The position numbers and the translations under genes were made by a program. The notes beneath the pieces are model-generated. The model ran no database searches. It was not told where the DNA came from and saw only the letters and a list, made by a program, of their open reading frames with translations. Positions 51,275 through 59,565 of a stretch of DNA of 64,000 bases are shown piece by piece (the first letter of the stretch is position 1; every line of letters begins with the position of its first letter). The DNA is from Candidatus Moraniibacteriota bacterium (lineage in GTDB: Bacteria > Patescibacteriota > Minisyncoccia > Moranbacterales > DUUL01). The stretch spans positions 66,428 to 130,427 of the forward strand of contig JBFHFF010000004.1 of assembly GCA_041583775.1 (NCBI GenBank), read 5' to 3'.

Positions 51275-51583
51275 CTATCTTAGATGATTTATAGAATCCT
51301 CTATTTCATTAAGCATACTCCTAGTTTCGAAGTCATTATAATCTTTTTTATCTTGTATGGACTTCAACTTATCAGTCAATTCAAAATTTTCATTCAAACT
51401 TTTGATAAGATTGTTCTTTTGAAAGACTTTACTATGATAATACGCCACCAATCCCAACATCCCATAATATGGCAAAGCAACCGCCCAAACAGAGTCAAAT
51501 TCAACAACTGCAAAATAAATCAAAACGGGAACAACAAAAAGAACAACTAAAAAGAATGAATTCCATAAATTCCCTTTTGACAT
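51275..51583 (-). CDS. small two-TM membrane protein with a charged C-terminal tail (holin-like topology)
   Basis: Two hydrophobic helices followed by a K/D/E-rich tail. Confidence 0.5.
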   Translation of the reverse strand: MSKGNLWNSFFLVVLFVVPVLIYFAVVEFDSVWAVALPYYGMLGLVAYYHSKVFQKNNLIKSLNENFELTDKLKSIQDKKDYNDFETRSMLNEIEDSINHLR

Positions 51584-51830
51584 AATAAATCAATTTAACA
51601 ATTAAATAATTAATTCACAAGTTCAACTGCTTCTGCCTTAAACCCTTAAACACTCCATCTCCTTAACATCACCCTCATCTGCCACGTAGCAACGTTTATT
51701 CTATATCAACCCAAAACTCGCTACATTTAAAGTTTACCACCTAAGACTAAATAAGAAAACCTCAGTAAAGCAATATTTTTTCCAATACCCCCTTGCATTC
51801 AAATCCACAACAAACTATTCGTAAACAAAA

Positions 51831-52075
51831 GAATCCCTCGCTGATGCGAAAGATTCCTTTTTGTGTGGACCATAAAGACTTTTATTGTAACACCTTTTTA
51901 AATACCATTATTGAGTGGCAACCTACTGTCAAAAGGGTTAAACAAAGCTTTATTTAATAGCTTATATAAAGAATTCTGTGCTATATAACATACACGCAAT
52001 AAGATAATGGAACATTTATACGTATAATGCGTTAAAATATGAAGAGATTTCAATAAATAGAAGGTGGTATATTGA
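51831..52075. repeat. copy 2 of the ~245-bp direct repeat, with an adjacent terminator hairpin at 51831..51863
   Basis: Manual alignment to copy 1; gaatc...gattc hairpin plus T-run; tgtggaccataaag is a degenerate copy of the tRNA-Ala 3' end. Confidence 0.8.
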
Positions 52076-52235
52076 ACGATGTCCGAACTTTTTTTATTGA
52101 AAAGGAGAAATGTACCGACTCTTTTGCTGTGGCAAATTTAGCTTATTAAAGATATTTAGTTATTTTTGAATATGCCTCATACTCTCATTGCTAGTAAAAA
52201 GCTTGATGAAAGAAGGGCATATCAAAAAATGAAGG

Positions 52236-53204
52236 TTAGTAAGAAAAACTTTCAAAACTTTTTATATCATTTCTTAAATTAGTTTTTCTTGTGATAGCTC
52301 CGTCACTTGCTCTTTCAATAATATTTCCTACAGAAAACTTTCCTAGTTTATTTTTTGTGTAAAGGTTTTTTGCAAAATACAACTCTGCTTCTGGACTCCT
52401 ACCAAAATTATTCGCATTTATAATATGTGTCTCGCAATAAATGATAGCGCTTACTTCTTTAAGCTGATTATTGCAAAAATAATTTGTTGGTATTCGAACT
52501 TTTCTAGCATCTTTTTCAATTTCTATATGTTCCCTAAGCTCATAACCCATCCCATCTGAGGAGCCTCCTCTCATCGGGAATACATCGTTTCCCCTCCCAT
52601 AAACTGTTGCTTCTATTGCACGGCCTCTAAATAGAGTTTCGGTATTATTTCCATTAATAGCGATTAAAAATGGTTCACATTCACTACATACATTACCCAA
52701 ATATTTTTCCCTATACTTTTTGTATTTCTTTGTCAGGGCATTGCTTATCCTTGCTATTCGCGGATCAAGAGCTTTGTAAATATCGCCACTTTTTGGGCTG
52801 TCATCAACTTCCTTATTTTTTCCAGGTGTAGTTATAATAGCTTCAATCCAAATATTTCTTCCATTCACTCTTACCTGTATATCAGGTCCCTTTCCATTGT
52901 TTGGAACCAATTCATAGCCATTATCCATAAGAACTGTTGCTAAATACATTTGCCAAGAAAATGCGTTAAATCCTCTGTTCTTTCTCGAGCGTAGATTCTT
53001 GAGAAAGTTTGGCTCGGCATATTTTTCATATCTCCCCCATAAAGACTCAAGCCATTTTTTCGTCTCTTCCCTACCCTTTCCACAACAAGTAATTATATAA
53101 GTAGAATCAAGACTTGGATTGTCCTTAATGCATTTTTTCAGCTCATCATCAGATGTAATCTGAGCAAAATCGTGAATAAATATTTTTTCGTGTCTACTTT
53201 TCAT
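52236..53204 (-). CDS. hypothetical protein (322 aa), possibly with a PD-(D/E)xK-like nuclease core
   Basis: GPDIQVRVNGRNIWIEAI resembles a PD...E motif, but the Lys is not evident; last gene of a three-gene operon; its start overlaps the upstream stop (ATGA). Confidence 0.5.
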   Translation of the reverse strand: MKSRHEKIFIHDFAQITSDDELKKCIKDNPSLDSTYIITCCGKGREETKKWLESLWGRYEKYAEPNFLKNLRSRKNRGFNAFSWQMYLATVLMDNGYELVPNNGKGPDIQVRVNGRNIWIEAIITTPGKNKEVDDSPKSGDIYKALDPRIARISNALTKKYKKYREKYLGNVCSECEPFLIAINGNNTETLFRGRAIEATVYGRGNDVFPMRGGSSDGMGYELREHIEIEKDARKVRIPTNYFCNNQLKEVSAIIYCETHIINANNFGRSPEAELYFAKNLYTKNKLGKFSVGNIIERASDGAITRKTNLRNDIKSFESFSY

Positions 53205-53581
53205 TGTTTTTTATTAATATTAGCAATAAATTCCTCCAAGACATCTAGCACGGATAAAAATTCTCTTACTCTGCTTAGCTTGTTTATATTCTTCTTGTAT
53301 TCTAATTCATATCTAGCGAGTATAACTCTGTACTCGAAGATATCACTTTCCGAAGGAAATGCAGAAGGAAACATTCTGTAAACGAATTTTAGTAATCTTT
53401 CATTTTCTTCTATTCCCATTTTATGCTTATTCTCATATTCTTTTTCAACAGAATTTTCTTCCCAACCAACAGTCATTCTCCCCATTCCTCTAAAAAAATT
53501 TTTAAAATTTATAAGCTCATTAATTTTATTTTCAGAACTTTCGAAATAAGGGAAAAAAGGAATGTAATCATACCTGACCAA
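53201..53581 (-). CDS. hypothetical protein (126 aa; alternative start at 53485)
   Basis: The long form overlaps the upstream gene by 73 nt; the ATGA overlap with the downstream gene implies translational coupling. Confidence 0.5.
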   Translation of the reverse strand: MVRYDYIPFFPYFESSENKINELINFKNFFRGMGRMTVGWEENSVEKEYENKHKMGIEENERLLKFVYRMFPSAFPSESDIFEYRVILARYELEYKKNINKLSRVREFLSVLDVLEEFIANINKKQ

Positions 53582-54756
53582 GAAATCGGTTCCGTATCTG
53601 AGAACAAGCCATAGAATATTTTACTTAATTTTGGATCATATCCTACATTTCCTGAAATATTGTCCGATATTTTCTGCTCGGACCAAAAAATTACTTCTCT
53701 TAAGGAAACAAATGGTATTCTTCTCTTAGACTCCAAATTTTTAGCTTTTATTTTCCATTCCTTTGGATATGCTTTCCAAAACATCCACTCACTACTTATC
53801 TTATCTGAATTTGAAAACAAAATAGAGAGAAAAGAAATGAAAAAATTTTCAATATATTCAATATCATCAGAGTGTTTATCAAGATGAATTTTTACCAACC
53901 GCAAATATCGTCCATAACTTTTATCAAGAGATTGGATTTCTATATATTCCAGTACGGGATAAATTTCATAATCAAATGGAAACCATTTTTCGCTTTCCCC
54001 ATACCTTTCGGCTTTATAATACCATTCAAGTATTTCTTCTAAAGGAGACTTTTTTCCTGAATATATCAAGAAATCCTTATCTCTGTTCTCAATATTTCTA
54101 GAAAAATTGCCAAGTAAACTATTCAGAAGAGGTGTACCCTCTCTTTTATCAATCAAAATATTTATATTTTTTGAAAATATCTCAAAAAATTCCAACTCGC
54201 TATTTCTGTCATTTTCTTTAACTTTCCATACCGAAGTCCAAGCAGAAACATATTCTCTATCCTCTCTTATTTTTTTCAGAAATCCGTACCTATGATAATA
54301 TGGATCTTTTATCCAAATAATAAAATCGAGAATTATTTTAATTAATATACCTATTCCAACTAGCCAAATTACAAGTAATACATTTCTCATAACAAAACCA
54401 CTACCAAACCAAAAAAATGATGGCAAATATGACAACAAAAGAGTTATCAATATCAACCTGACATCAAATACTCTGTTTATAATTACTATCAAATCTAATT
54501 CTGAATAGTTTATATTTTCATTGTTTCTCTTAGTTCTAAAATAATCAGACAGCACCGCTATGGCCAAAGGAATCAATATTGTAAAGAGGGCTATGTTCAC
54601 ATTATGAAAATAATTTCCTAATTCCATAACTTGATTAGCAGTGTTGATACTTAAATATAAAAAAATAAACAAGAATATCACTTCTAAAATAAAAAATATC
54701 ACTTCTTTTTGGGAAAGTTTTTTTTGAAATGCTTTTCTCAACATTTTGTTTAACAT
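53509..54756 (-). CDS. hypothetical membrane protein (415 aa; 4 N-terminal TM helices plus a ~270-aa cytoplasmic domain)
   Basis: Hydrophobic N-terminus; no motif I recognise. Confidence 0.55.
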   Translation of the reverse strand: MLNKMLRKAFQKKLSQKEVIFFILEVIFLFIFLYLSINTANQVMELGNYFHNVNIALFTILIPLAIAVLSDYFRTKRNNENINYSELDLIVIINRVFDVRLILITLLLSYLPSFFWFGSGFVMRNVLLVIWLVGIGILIKIILDFIIWIKDPYYHRYGFLKKIREDREYVSAWTSVWKVKENDRNSELEFFEIFSKNINILIDKREGTPLLNSLLGNFSRNIENRDKDFLIYSGKKSPLEEILEWYYKAERYGESEKWFPFDYEIYPVLEYIEIQSLDKSYGRYLRLVKIHLDKHSDDIEYIENFFISFLSILFSNSDKISSEWMFWKAYPKEWKIKAKNLESKRRIPFVSLREVIFWSEQKISDNISGNVGYDPKLSKIFYGLFSDTEPISWSGMITFLFSLISKVLKIKLMSL

Positions 54757-55199
54757 AACAAATATTTCTTAATTTAGTTAGGATATTTATTTTAAACAGT
54801 TTTCCATAATAACTGAATCTAGGGGGAAAATCAATAATTTATATACAAAAAATACTTGCTAATAAACTTTTAAAAATACGAAAGATATGGTGTGTGGTGT
54901 TAGAATATTTTATTTTATAATTCCAGATTCAATTTACTTGCAGTTATTTTAAGAATCCTTCTTTCTCTGTTTCGAATTATTTCTTTGTCTCTTATTTTCT
55001 CTTTGATATTTTCATATCGTGTGGGATGAAAATACATCGATTAGTCCTCAATTTTTCAGCGCCTACTCGTCTTAAGGAATATTGCAACACAACATCAGGG
55101 TTTCCTGAGTGCCAACCTAAGGCACGCTTAATTACGTTAAAGCCATCTAAATCTTTTCTTATATTAAAACTTTTAATTAGGGACCCACCTCCTTGATGA

Positions 55200-55682
55200 T
55201 GCATAAATATTAACTTTCCAGATACCATAGAAAAATGGAATGCTACTGCAAGGGAGTTAGCACTAAAAGAAAAAGAAGTTGAAAATTACATCGACCTGCT
55301 GGCAAAAACCGCCAGTGATGTTGTTAGAAAGAAATATGAGCTTAGAGTCGAAGCCCTTGAGGAAGAGATTTCGGCATTAAAAAAACAGCCCTCGGTTGCT
55401 AAGCACCTGAACTGTGAAGACGCTATTTCAGAAGTATTGCATTTTCTTGGAACACCTGCTGATTATTGGCAAAAAACCAATCTGGAAGGCAAATTTATGG
55501 TACACAACCTTATATTCACAGAGAATCCAATCTTTGACTTGCAAAATGGATTTGGAACACCTAAAACTTCCCTTCCCTTCGCAATAAAAGACGCCATTCA
55601 CAATGACGTCTCTTCTATGGTGGACCCTAGGGGATTCGAACTCCTGACCTCCTCAGTGCAAATGAGGCGCTCTACCAACTGA
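55200..55682 (+). pseudogene. start-less remnant of a larger gene, tentatively a recombinase C-terminal coiled-coil tail, reading into tRNA-Ala
   Basis: Open frame begins right after a TGA at 55197-55199 with no ATG; heptad-like ALKEKEVENYIDLL...ELRVEALEEEISALKK; runs antisense across the tRNA-Ala 3' end. Confidence 0.3.
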
Positions 55683-55693
55683 GCTAAGGGCCC
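55618..55693 (-). tRNA. tRNA-Ala (TGC) with encoded CCA
   Basis: Cloverleaf by eye; anticodon loop TTTGCAC; G3-U70 alanine identity pair; 3' ...AGGGTCC-A-CCA. Confidence 0.85.
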
Positions 55694-55858
55694 ATATTAA
55701 ACTAATTTTAAATTTCTAATTTTTAAGTTTGAATGAATTTTTTAATTAATCAATTTCAAATTTAAAAACTAAAACTTACCTGGTTTTGCTATTCTTCATT
55801 AATAAATTAGAATTTGATTCGAAATTCACAATTCTTAATTCAAAATTATTTGAAAACG

Positions 55859-55935
55859 CTGTGGGCAATCCAGGAATTGAACCTGGGACCTCGTCATTAT
55901 CAGTGACGCGCTCTAACCATCTGAGCTAATCGCCC
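55859..55935 (-). tRNA. tRNA-Ile (GAT)
   Basis: Cloverleaf by eye; anticodon loop CTGATAA. Confidence 0.8.
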
Positions 55936-56248
55936 TTTATTTTTTTCAAAAATTTTCGTCACGATTAAATCACAACAGAAGTAATTATAACAAAAAAAAT
56001 AATATTGTCCAGTGTTTGAATAGAAAAACTCCAGAATATTGTTTTTAAGCTTTTATATAGCGTTTTTTGAATCTCAATAAACAAACTTTTTTCAACACAA
56101 AGGACAACAACAAATTCAAATCTCTCCCCTATTGCCAATTTAAGAATATTGTGTTAATCTAGGTTTTGTCTAAGAAAAAGGCACCCTAAAGCCAAGAAAT
56201 GGCCTTATTATTATTGTGCAGAATTTAAAATAATTATATTATTGAAAT

Positions 56249-56572
56249 ATGAAAAAAGGCATCCACCCAAAATACATCGAGGAAGCAACAATTAAATGTT
56301 CTTGCGGAAATGTTATCACAACTGGTTCGACATTAGAAAAAAAAGACATTGAAATTTGTAGCGCTTGTCATCCTTTTTATACCGGAAAGAAGAAACTCGT
56401 AGACTCAACCGGACGAGTTGATAGATTCAAACAAAGAATGGAAAAATTCTCTGCAATTGAAAAGGAAAAAGAAGAAGCAAAAAAGGCTGCTGCAAAGAAA
56501 GCGAAATCAACAACAAAGAAAGATGTTAAAAAAGTAGAAGCAAAAACTACTAAAGAAGCAGCAAAAAAATAA
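56249..56572 (+). CDS. rpmE: 50S ribosomal protein L31 with Lys/Ala-rich C-terminal extension
   Basis: MKKGIHPKY...CSCG...[10 protein letters not shown] zinc-ribbon L31 core. Confidence 0.9.
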   Translation: MKKGIHPKYIEEATIKCSCGNVITTGSTLEKKDIEICSACHPFYTGKKKLVDSTGRVDRFKQRMEKFSAIEKEKEEAKKAAAKKAKSTTKKDVKKVEAKTTKEAAKK

Positions 56573-56588
56573 TATTCGGTTGAAAAGT

Positions 56589-56623
56589 AAAAAACAGACC
56601 AAAGTTGACTTGGTCTGTTTTTT
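56589..56623. terminator. bidirectional terminator after rpmE
   Basis: acagacca...tggtctgt stem flanked by A6 and T6. Confidence 0.6.
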
Positions 56624-56653
56624 ACTTTGCTATTTTTTATTTTTCAATTAAAT

Positions 56654-57112
56654 TCATTTTTCACTCACTTTCATTGCTTGAAGGATTTTAATACAAAATA
56701 AATTAAAAGCTATTGCAAAAGGAATCCCCGCTAGACTCCAAGTGGTTAATTCGTTTAACTTTACAACCTCATTAACAGAGAAAAGGAAGCCCAAGAAAAA
56801 ACCAGAGAACATATATAAATTTAATAAACCAAGCTTGATTTCATCCTTTCTATATCGAAAAAAGAAAAACATAGGAATAAAGATTAATCCATAAAAAAAT
56901 CCTAGTATTATTCTTGAAAAGTCATTTGCATAAAATGCTCCCACAAAAGAAAATGTTACAACAAAAGAAAATGTAAAAACAAAAAGATAGTGTTTATTGA
57001 AGAATTGAGATTTAGACATATAGCTTGAAAATATTATTATTTTTATTAATTTTAACATACACAAATATAAATCCAAATTGATCCCCTTTGCATCAAAAAA
57101 CATAACTAACAA
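56654..57112 (-). CDS. hypothetical polytopic membrane protein
   Basis: Hydrophobic 152 aa. Confidence 0.5.
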   Translation of the reverse strand: MLVMFFDAKGINLDLYLCMLKLIKIIIFSSYMSKSQFFNKHYLFVFTFSFVVTFSFVGAFYANDFSRIILGFFYGLIFIPMFFFFRYRKDEIKLGLLNLYMFSGFFLGFLFSVNEVVKLNELTTWSLAGIPFAIAFNLFCIKILQAMKVSEK

Positions 57113-57135
57113 TTAGAATTTTTTATACATAAACA

Positions 57136-57573
57136 TTAGAGTGTTTTCTTGTAATAAAGTTTTATACACGAATTCAATTCTCCAATTAAATTCATATCAA
57201 GCGCTTTTATGGGATTAACCCATCTAAATTCTTTATGCTCTTTTTTGCTAATCGAAATTTCCGCTTTCCTTTTTAATTCAATATGAAAAATGTGATATAC
57301 AAAATCATATCCTGGATATTTCACAAAAATCTTTTTAAAATACACCAACTCTTTTTCTGATAATTCCTCCCCCGTCTCCTCCCTTGCCTCCCTTATCATT
57401 GCCTCTACTAAACTTTCACCCTCATTGACTTTTCCAGCGGGAACTCCCCAAGTATCACCCTCTGGTTTATAATCCTGTCGATGAAGTAAAAGTATTTCTC
57501 CAGCATATTCAAAAAAACAACTAACTATTTCAAATCGAGAATCGAAATTTTCTGGCCTTCTATGATAAATCAT
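57136..57573 (-). CDS. NUDIX hydrolase
   Basis: Nudix box GKVNEGESLVEAMIREAREETGEE. Confidence 0.8.
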   Translation of the reverse strand: MIYHRRPENFDSRFEIVSCFFEYAGEILLLHRQDYKPEGDTWGVPAGKVNEGESLVEAMIREAREETGEELSEKELVYFKKIFVKYPGYDFVYHIFHIELKRKAEISISKKEHKEFRWVNPIKALDMNLIGELNSCIKLYYKKTL

Positions 57574-57609
57574 GTTTCAATAAATTAAAACTCAAAAATC
57601 AATACTAAA

Positions 57610-58803
57610 TTAACTGGCTAGCTCTTTTTTATTAATAAAAAAGAACGATACTGTTAAGATAACAAATAAGAAAATGCCTAAAACTATATACCCCAATTCA
57701 TAAGAATAATTCATAATAAAACCAATTGTAAAGGGCACTATAAATTGAAAAAGTAATTCAATTTGATTTTTAATTGATATTGTAGTCGCCTTATAATTTT
57801 TATCAGAAATATGATTATTCAAGATATGACTCTCGATTAACTGAGCTCTTCCCCACATATAACCAATGACGATTATTATTATACTCGCAATTAAATATGG
57901 ATTATCAAAATAAGCTACAATAAAAAAATAAAAGGGGAAGAAAAATAATTCAAAGATCAACAACTGTCTCATTGTAAAATATTCTTCGATTAAGTATGCA
58001 TATCTTCCAACAAAAAACCAAACGAGTCTTGATAGCCCAAAAACAAAACCGACCCAAGCAATTGGATATCCCAATGTCTCCAAATAAACATACCTAAAAA
58101 CAGATTCCGCTATAACAAAGCCTGAAATAGCACTCACAAAAACAGCAAAAGGCAAAAAGTTTAATTTTCTTGTATCTTTAAATATTCTTGTTATAGATTT
58201 AATTTTATCCTTTGAAATTTTGATTTTATTCTTTGGATCAACAAAACTAAAAACAACTATTAGACCCAAAATATCAAGGAATAAACTTACATAAAAAGGC
58301 CAAATAATATCAATTTTCGTTAGAAATGGTAACAATATAATCAAAATAACACTAGCTAGAGAAACATTTCCTCTAATTCTGCCCATTAATTTTGAGTATT
58401 CTTTCCCTCTATTCAGCTTCTCTAAGGTTTCTTGCATAAACGCAGAATTAGTTCCTGAGGTGAAAGCAAATGAAACACTCATGCAAATAGAACCTAGGGC
58501 AAACCCATAAAAGTTTTGAACAAAAATAAAAGAAGATGTCGAGAATAGCATTAAAACTTTAGACAAAACTAATGTCTTTTTGTGCCCAAATCTATCAGCA
58601 AAGTAACCTGAAGGAATTTCGAAAAGAAAAGCAACAAGATTTCCAATACCTGAAAACAAACCGAGCATATTTGCAGTAGTATTGGGCAAAGTCAAAAAAT
58701 AAATCGACAGAATTGAGATATAAGCCCTTCTGCCCGTAAATATATAAACAAACATTTTCCAGATGTTGTTTTCTAAATTCCGCACCAAGATTTTATTTTC
58801 CAT
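57610..58803 (-). CDS. MFS transporter
   Basis: 12-TM topology, GYFADRFGHKKTL MFS motif. Confidence 0.75.
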   Translation of the reverse strand: MENKILVRNLENNIWKMFVYIFTGRRAYISILSIYFLTLPNTTANMLGLFSGIGNLVAFLFEIPSGYFADRFGHKKTLVLSKVLMLFSTSSFIFVQNFYGFALGSICMSVSFAFTSGTNSAFMQETLEKLNRGKEYSKLMGRIRGNVSLASVILIILLPFLTKIDIIWPFYVSLFLDILGLIVVFSFVDPKNKIKISKDKIKSITRIFKDTRKLNFLPFAVFVSAISGFVIAESVFRYVYLETLGYPIAWVGFVFGLSRLVWFFVGRYAYLIEEYFTMRQLLIFELFFFPFYFFIVAYFDNPYLIASIIIIVIGYMWGRAQLIESHILNNHISDKNYKATTISIKNQIELLFQFIVPFTIGFIMNYSYELGYIVLGIFLFVILTVSFFFINKKELAS

Positions 58804-58824
58804 AAATTCTTTTCATGTCCTTAT

Positions 58825-59535
58825 TTACAATCTCTTTTTTATATACTCCAATTCCTTCCTCTCTTCTCCAAATTTATCAAAAGTACTTTCTATAATAATC
58901 GGAATGTCTTTTTTTAGCAATGCGCTGATAATTTGATCTTTTTTTGTTTTAAACAAAGGATAATGCAAAAAATTTTCATCAAACCCGCTTATGTGATACT
59001 CAACGACTCTGTCTTCAAATTCTTTTTGAAAATCTATTGCCAATTGTAAAGATTTGTCATTCACAAAACAATGTTGCAAATCAAGTGTCAATCCAAAATC
59101 ATATCTCTCCAAAATAGACCTCATATCTTCTACTGTTCTGCCTGATTTTTTCCGATTATCCATATTCTCAATTGAAATTGGCAAATCTAAATATTCGCTA
59201 AATACATCCCAATCAATAATTGTATCTGTATGAAAAACCAAATTATTGATTTTATATTTTTCAACCAATGTCTTGATTTTATCCAATATTCTCTTAGAGT
59301 CTTGATTTTTTGCATAAACAAAACTTGGTGCATGCAAAGAGATGAAATCGAAAAAATGCAAATCGACATCCCTACTACAGATAAGGCTGTCGATTGCTTT
59401 TTCGTCTATACAATGTAATTCAATTGCATTTGCTTCCCCCTCGGCATAAAAACGAGTCATCGAATCAAAAGATATTCGTTCACTATGACTATCCTCTGTT
59501 CTATAAAACACACCATTACTAAAACCTATTGTCAT
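58825..59535 (-). CDS. xylose-isomerase-like TIM-barrel protein (sugar phosphate isomerase/epimerase or AP-endonuclease-2 family)
   Basis: LHAP...ISIENMD...LDLQHCF pattern typical of this fold; weak. Confidence 0.4.
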   Translation of the reverse strand: MTIGFSNGVFYRTEDSHSERISFDSMTRFYAEGEANAIELHCIDEKAIDSLICSRDVDLHFFDFISLHAPSFVYAKNQDSKRILDKIKTLVEKYKINNLVFHTDTIIDWDVFSEYLDLPISIENMDNRKKSGRTVEDMRSILERYDFGLTLDLQHCFVNDKSLQLAIDFQKEFEDRVVEYHISGFDENFLHYPLFKTKKDQIISALLKKDIPIIIESTFDKFGEERKELEYIKKRL

Positions 59536-59565
59536 TTTTCATAAATCAATCCTTTAGCATCATAA

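Noticed and set aside
54992-55228. 78-aa minus-strand ORF upstream of the operon
   Set aside because: It has no recognisable motif and overlaps the start-less fragment on the other strand. It is probably a remnant or spurious and was left unannotated.
55437-55682. 81-aa TTG-initiated ORF overlapping tRNA-Ala
   Set aside because: It is the in-frame tail of the longer start-less fragment beginning at 55200, not an independent gene, and it overlaps a tRNA antisense.
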